This document shows positions 59,684-64,000 of a stretch of DNA of 64,000 nucleotides, piece by piece. Position 1 is the first letter of the stretch; each line of letters opens with the position of its first letter. Position numbers and translations under genes: made by a program. This DNA comes from Candidatus Zixiibacteriota bacterium (lineage in GTDB: Bacteria; Zixibacteria; MSB-5A5; GN15; JAAZOE01), in contig JBDREQ010000073.1 of the NCBI GenBank assembly GCA_043819555.1, positions 128,001-192,000 on the forward strand, given 5' to 3'. Under the pieces are notes generated by a model. That model did not search any database. It saw only the letters and a list, made by a program, of their open reading frames with translations, and was not told where the DNA came from.

Positions 59684-61672
59684 ATGGGTTTTGACATTGG
59701 GATAGGAGCCGCGGTATTTGGTGTTGCGGGGCTGCTTTTTGCATTAGGGCTTTTCATAAGTATTAAGAAAAAATCGCCCGGCAATAAGACAATGATCGAG
59801 TTGGCGGATACCATTCATGATGGGGCTATGGTTTTCCTGAAACGTGAATATTCAATATTAGCAATATTTATTGTGGTCGTTTTTGCGCTTCTGGCGTGGA
59901 AAATTGCTTTATATACGGCAATTGCGTTTGTGAGCGGCGCCTGTTGTTCAATGATAGCCGGTTTCTTCGGAATGAAGGCGGCGACGCGCGCCAACGTCCG
60001 AACCGCTGCGGCGGCCAAAGATTCCGGCCAATCGGCGGCTTTAAGTATTGCGTTTACCGGCGGAGCCGTTATGGGTATGTCCGTTGCCAGTTTGGGTCTT
60101 CTCGGCGTCGGTATTTATTTTTATTTCTGGGGTAATCCGGAGCAGGCGCGATTTATAACCGGATTCGCAATGGGCGCTTCTTCAATTGCGTTATTCGCTC
60201 GTGTTGGTGGCGGAATTTTTACCAAAGCGGCCGATGTCGGCGCCGATTTGGTAGGAAAAGTAGAAGCGGGTATTCCCGAAGACGATCCACGAAATCCAGC
60301 AGTTATCGCTGATAACGTAGGCGATAATGTAGGCGATACGGCCGGTATGGGAGCCGATCTGTTTGAATCATACGTCGGTTCAATTATTGCCGCCATTACT
60401 ATTGCGGCCACGGCCACGATTCAGGAAATAGCGGGCGCAAGATTGGCCTATATGCAGCTTCCGCTTTTGATTGTAACGGTCGGCATTGTAGCATCCATGA
60501 TCGGAATTCTCTCGGTTAATGTATTTAAAAAATTAAATCCGGCGGCGGTTTTAAGGATTGTTACTTATGTCGGTGCAGTTTTAATGCTCCTGGCGACATA
60601 TATTCTGGTTGATAAGACCGGAGTTAAAATTGGCGTTTTCTGGGCGGTATTAGTCGGCAATATTGCCGGAATTATTCTCGGCCTTTTGACTGAGTATTAT
60701 ACTGCCGCGGGTCCGGTCCGCAAAATTGCCGAAAGCGCCAAAACCGGTCCGGCGACCTGTATTATTGCCGGTCTGGATGTCGGTATGCAATCGGTAGCAT
60801 TGCCGGTATTAGTAATTGCGGCAGCCATTTATATTGCCTATCAAATGGCCGGATTATACGGTATTGGTATTTCAGCGGTTGGTATGCTCGGGACGATTGG
60901 CGTAACTATGTCAGTTGACGCTTATGGTCCCATCGCTGATAATGCCGGTGGTATTACCGAAATGGCCGGATTGGGCGAAAATGTCCGCAAGATAACAGAC
61001 AAACTGGATGCCTTGGGCAACACAACCGCGGCAATCGGTAAAGGCTTCGCCATTGGTTCGGCGGCCTTGACAGCGCTGGCTTTATTTTCTGCTTATAGCG
61101 CGGCCGTGGGTCTTGATAAAATAGACTTAATGAACGTACGAGTTATTGTTGGGCTGTTTATTGGCGGTATTTTACCGTTTCTGGTCGCCTCATTGACTAT
61201 GAGCGCGGTTGGCAAAGCCGCATTTAAAATGGTGCAGGAAGTTCGCCGTCAGTTTAAAGAAATCGAAGGCCTAATGGAAGGTAAAGCCAAACCGGACAGC
61301 AAGCGATGCGTTGATATTGCGACTCTGGGTGCCTTGCAGCAAATGATTCTCCCCGGAATAATGGCCGTTCTGGCTCCGATTCTGGTTGGGAGTTTTCTCG
61401 GTAAAGAGGCTCTTGGCGGTATGCTTGCCGGTGCGACTTTGACTGGCGTCTTACTGGCTCTGATGATGTCAAACGGCGGCGGCGCCTGGGATAATGCCAA
61501 GAAACTTATTGAAGGCGGTCTTCATGGCGGTAAAGGTTCGGACGCCCACAAAGCGGCCGTTGTCGGAGATACCGTCGGTGATCCGTTCAAAGACACCTCC
61601 GGGCCATCAATGAATATTCTTATTAAGCTGATGGCGATTGTTTCACTGGTTTTGGCCCCATTGTTCATATAA
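59684..61672 (+). CDS. hppA: Membrane pyrophosphatase, K+-dependent type (probably Na+-translocating)
   Basis: [26 protein letters not shown] (Ala indicates K+ dependence), [10 protein letters not shown]. Confidence 0.96.
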   Translation: MGFDIGIGAAVFGVAGLLFALGLFISIKKKSPGNKTMIELADTIHDGAMVFLKREYSILAIFIVVVFALLAWKIALYTAIAFVSGACCSMIAGFFGMKAATRANVRTAAAAKDSGQSAALSIAFTGGAVMGMSVASLGLLGVGIYFYFWGNPEQARFITGFAMGASSIALFARVGGGIFTKAADVGADLVGKVEAGIPEDDPRNPAVIADNVGDNVGDTAGMGADLFESYVGSIIAAITIAATATIQEIAGARLAYMQLPLLIVTVGIVASMIGILSVNVFKKLNPAAVLRIVTYVGAVLMLLATYILVDKTGVKIGVFWAVLVGNIAGIILGLLTEYYTAAGPVRKIAESAKTGPATCIIAGLDVGMQSVALPVLVIAAAIYIAYQMAGLYGIGISAVGMLGTIGVTMSVDAYGPIADNAGGITEMAGLGENVRKITDKLDALGNTTAAIGKGFAIGSAALTALALFSAYSAAVGLDKIDLMNVRVIVGLFIGGILPFLVASLTMSAVGKAAFKMVQEVRRQFKEIEGLMEGKAKPDSKRCVDIATLGALQQMILPGIMAVLAPILVGSFLGKEALGGMLAGATLTGVLLALMMSNGGGAWDNAKKLIEGGLHGGKGSDAHKAAVVGDTVGDPFKDTSGPSMNILIKLMAIVSLVLAPLFI

Positions 61673-61691
61673 GAATTACATAGATTTCATG

Positions 61692-61726
61692 AAAAGGGCA
61701 TACTGAATTTTGGTTTGCCCTTTTTT
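61692..61726 (+). terminator. Intrinsic terminator after hppA
   Basis: AAAAGGGCA..TGCCCTTTT followed by a T run. Confidence 0.8.
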
Positions 61727-61798
61727 ATATAATGCGATTGAATAATCGTTGCGGTATTGCGTATATTGATTAAGTTGTTGTCAGGGATAGATTAAATT

Positions 61799-61826
61799 TG
61801 AAACAATAATCTAAGAAAACCGTCTA
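61799..61826 (+). promoter_or_regulatory. ECF (SigW/SigX-like) promoter
   Basis: TGAAAC-N16-CGTCTA, 35 nt before the yip1 ATG. Confidence 0.65.
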
Positions 61827-61861
61827 ACTAAAAAGGTAGTCGGTTGGGAGGCTGGAGTAGC

Positions 61862-62611
61862 ATGGAGACGAACTTGAATTCTCAAATTGTAATCGGAAGC
61901 GAGGGAAATCGCAGTATCTGGAGTATAATTGTTGCTGTGATTTACAGCCCGGTTAAAACTTTTGAAGACTATAATAAGAATCCGAAGCTATTGATTCCAA
62001 TCATATTGGTTGCAATTCTCACAGGATTATTTGCCGCCGCTACGACCGAATACAACGCAAAATTGCAATATGAGATAATGCAAACCTCTACGGTTCTTCC
62101 GCCGGCGGCGCTGGAACAAATGAAAAATGATTACGAAAACCCCAATCATATTAAGTCAGGGCTTTTTGGCATCGGATTTGGACTGATACCGGGATTACTC
62201 GGTGCTTTAGTGGCTTGGGGTGTTGGTACTTTCTTTTTCGGAGGCATAACCAATTTTAAGCGCGTTTGGGGAGTAGGTTTACTAATTGGCATTATTGGAT
62301 TAATTGCCAGTCTTGTCATAAAATGGCCTTTAATGGCGGCTTCGGGAAGCGCCCAGGCATCAATAGGATTCGCCGCGTTTTTCCATAATCTCGGAATAAC
62401 TTCCATCTTTTATCTGTTTCTGTTGTATCTCGATGCCATCGCAATTTGGCTGATAATTTTATCCGGTTTTGCCTATTCGGTGGTGTTTGGAATATCGCCG
62501 GGTAAAGGCATGGCAACTTCGATTGTAACTACTCTGATACTCATAATTGGGATAATAGCTCTGCAAGCAGTAGGAATGAGCTTCGCCGGGATAGAAATGT
62601 CCTGGTTCTAA
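61862..62611 (+). CDS. Yip1-family membrane protein (YknW-like)
   Basis: VIYSPVKTF......P, about 5 TM segments; upstream of tolC. Confidence 0.8.
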   Translation: METNLNSQIVIGSEGNRSIWSIIVAVIYSPVKTFEDYNKNPKLLIPIILVAILTGLFAAATTEYNAKLQYEIMQTSTVLPPAALEQMKNDYENPNHIKSGLFGIGFGLIPGLLGALVAWGVGTFFFGGITNFKRVWGVGLLIGIIGLIASLVIKWPLMAASGSAQASIGFAAFFHNLGITSIFYLFLLYLDAIAIWLIILSGFAYSVVFGISPGKGMATSIVTTLILIIGIIALQAVGMSFAGIEMSWF

Positions 62612-62628
62612 CTAAAATAGAGGTAGAT

Positions 62629-63975
62629 ATGAAAAAGGTTTCTTTGTTTCTGGTTATTGTAATCGCTCTGATGGGAGTGTCATCTTTGGCTAAAACGTAC
62701 ACCCTCGATGAATGTATCGAGATGGCTAAACGAACCGATCCTAACCTGGAGCGTTTCCGGAATGCGGTCAAGACTGCCAACTGGGGCGTCAGGGATGCGG
62801 CCGGGCAATTCTTGCCTTCTGTCGGTCTATCCTATAATTCACGTGAATCTACTGCGGGTCCTGAATCTCCAAGACTTAGGACCTTTACCTATTTTGACCC
62901 CGGAATAAACGATTTTGTTACATCCACCGAAAATGTGGCGGACACTGTCGGTTACAAAATCAAAGGATACAGTGCGGGATTCAATATTAACTATACAGTT
63001 TTTGATGGTTTGAATAATTTATGGAGTTATTTGCAGAGCAAAGCAACCAAATCGGCCGCCAATTATGATTATGCCCTGGGGAATTCGGATTTAGAACTGG
63101 CTATTAAGGCTAATTATTATTTGGTTCTGAAATCAAAAAGAGATTTTGAAGTTGCTAAAGAAACGGTGGCCCGTTCGGAAGAATTATTGAAGTTATTTGA
63201 AGAAAAATATGAACTGGGCTCCGCCTCGCTATCTGAAGTGCTCAAGCAGAGAGTTCAATTGGGACAGGATAAATTGACTCAAATCAGGTCGAGAAGAAAT
63301 CTTGAAGTTGCCTTTGACATACTGGCTGTTTCCATCGGAATTGATCCGGTTAGCCAATTTGATGTCGCTGAAATCCAGTTGTCACAAGTAAATTTGGATG
63401 ATGTCGGAACGCTTATTGAAGAGGCCAGAAAGGAACATCCCAAACTCCTAAGTTCAAAGAATTATCTGGATGTTTCAAAATATGCAGTTAGATCAGTTAT
63501 GGGACAGTATCTTCCGCGTGCGACTCTAAGTTATTCATATGGCTGGGGAAAAGACCACTTCAGCGATTTAATGAAATTTGGTCCTCTGGATCATAGTGGA
63601 AGTTTATCGTTTACGATAAGCTACAATTTATTTGACGGTTTTTCAAGAGAATATTCAGTGAGCCGCGCCAAGGCAAACTATAACAACGCCCGGGCGCAAT
63701 TTGAATTTGCGAAAAATGAAATTGTCAGACAAATAGACGACGCTTTCCTTGAAATCAAAATCGCCGATGAAACCCTGCTCGTTACCAAAGAAACAGAAGA
63801 ATCAGCTTCCGAAGATATGGATTTGGTCCAGATGAAGTATAATCTTGGAGCGGCGGCTTTATGGGAACTGCTTGACGCACAGGTGAGTCTAAAAACGGCA
63901 CAGTTCAACAAAGTTAAGGCCGAATTCGATTATAACCTGTCTATAGCAAAACTGCAAAACGCGATGGGAAAATAA
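62629..63975 (+). CDS. TolC-family outer-membrane efflux protein
   Basis: YTLDECI..A...P; FLPS/YLPR repeats; YELG and YNLG; ELLDAQ. Confidence 0.92.
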   Translation: MKKVSLFLVIVIALMGVSSLAKTYTLDECIEMAKRTDPNLERFRNAVKTANWGVRDAAGQFLPSVGLSYNSRESTAGPESPRLRTFTYFDPGINDFVTSTENVADTVGYKIKGYSAGFNINYTVFDGLNNLWSYLQSKATKSAANYDYALGNSDLELAIKANYYLVLKSKRDFEVAKETVARSEELLKLFEEKYELGSASLSEVLKQRVQLGQDKLTQIRSRRNLEVAFDILAVSIGIDPVSQFDVAEIQLSQVNLDDVGTLIEEARKEHPKLLSSKNYLDVSKYAVRSVMGQYLPRATLSYSYGWGKDHFSDLMKFGPLDHSGSLSFTISYNLFDGFSREYSVSRAKANYNNARAQFEFAKNEIVRQIDDAFLEIKIADETLLVTKETEESASEDMDLVQMKYNLGAAALWELLDAQVSLKTAQFNKVKAEFDYNLSIAKLQNAMGK

Positions 63976-64000
63976 ATAGGAGGTATCCGCGAAAACAGGA

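Noticed and set aside
413..63911. Numerous 60-160 aa antisense or alternate-frame ORFs
   Set aside because: Nearly all lie within or overlap well-supported genes and show no recognisable motifs, so I treated them as shadow ORFs.
1..64000. Recoding (Sec/Pyl, frameshifts), tRNA, CRISPR, IS elements
   Set aside because: The recognisable genes appear uninterrupted in the standard code. I saw no cloverleaf, spaced repeats or transposase by eye.

Overview
Gene-dense, AT-rich bacterial chromosomal window. I saw no rRNA, tRNA, CRISPR array, integrase or transposase. Secreted proteases carrying duplicated dockerin-like tails (GDANxDxxxNVGDAxYII..FKxGP) or a FlgD/T9SS-type tail (QNYPNPFNP) suggest an FCB-group diderm, possibly Zixibacteria (inference). 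In order, the window holds: a DUF4384/PEGA secreted protein; the CIRCE-hrcA-grpE-dnaK-dnaJ-prmA-rsmE operon; prepilin peptidase and a PAS histidine kinase; efp-rnhC-eIF2B-like; a GAF membrane protein; an FMN riboswitch with ribD-ribE-ribBA-ribH-nusB; a DUF2723-GT4-flippase-like cluster; an M16 peptidase pair; rhodanese/MauE; an 8-gene MSHA/T2SS-like type IV filament cluster; an Omp85 barrel; several secreted proteases; a WYL regulator; M32 carboxypeptidase; cysteine synthase; SPOR and TPR/PEGA proteins; hppA; and yip1-tolC. The most notable signals read by eye are: (1) six sigma28-like promoters (core CCGA(T/A)A) in front of pilus and envelope genes; (2) a candidate protein O-glycosylation system, with a DUF2723 cluster and D-S/T-aliphatic sequons concentrated in exported proteins; (3) an unannotated ~70-nt structured RNA candidate at 53231-53298; (4) dockerin-tailed proteases; (5) two sigma54 promoters with upstream palindromes. 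All family assignments come from motif recognition by eye; no searches were run.
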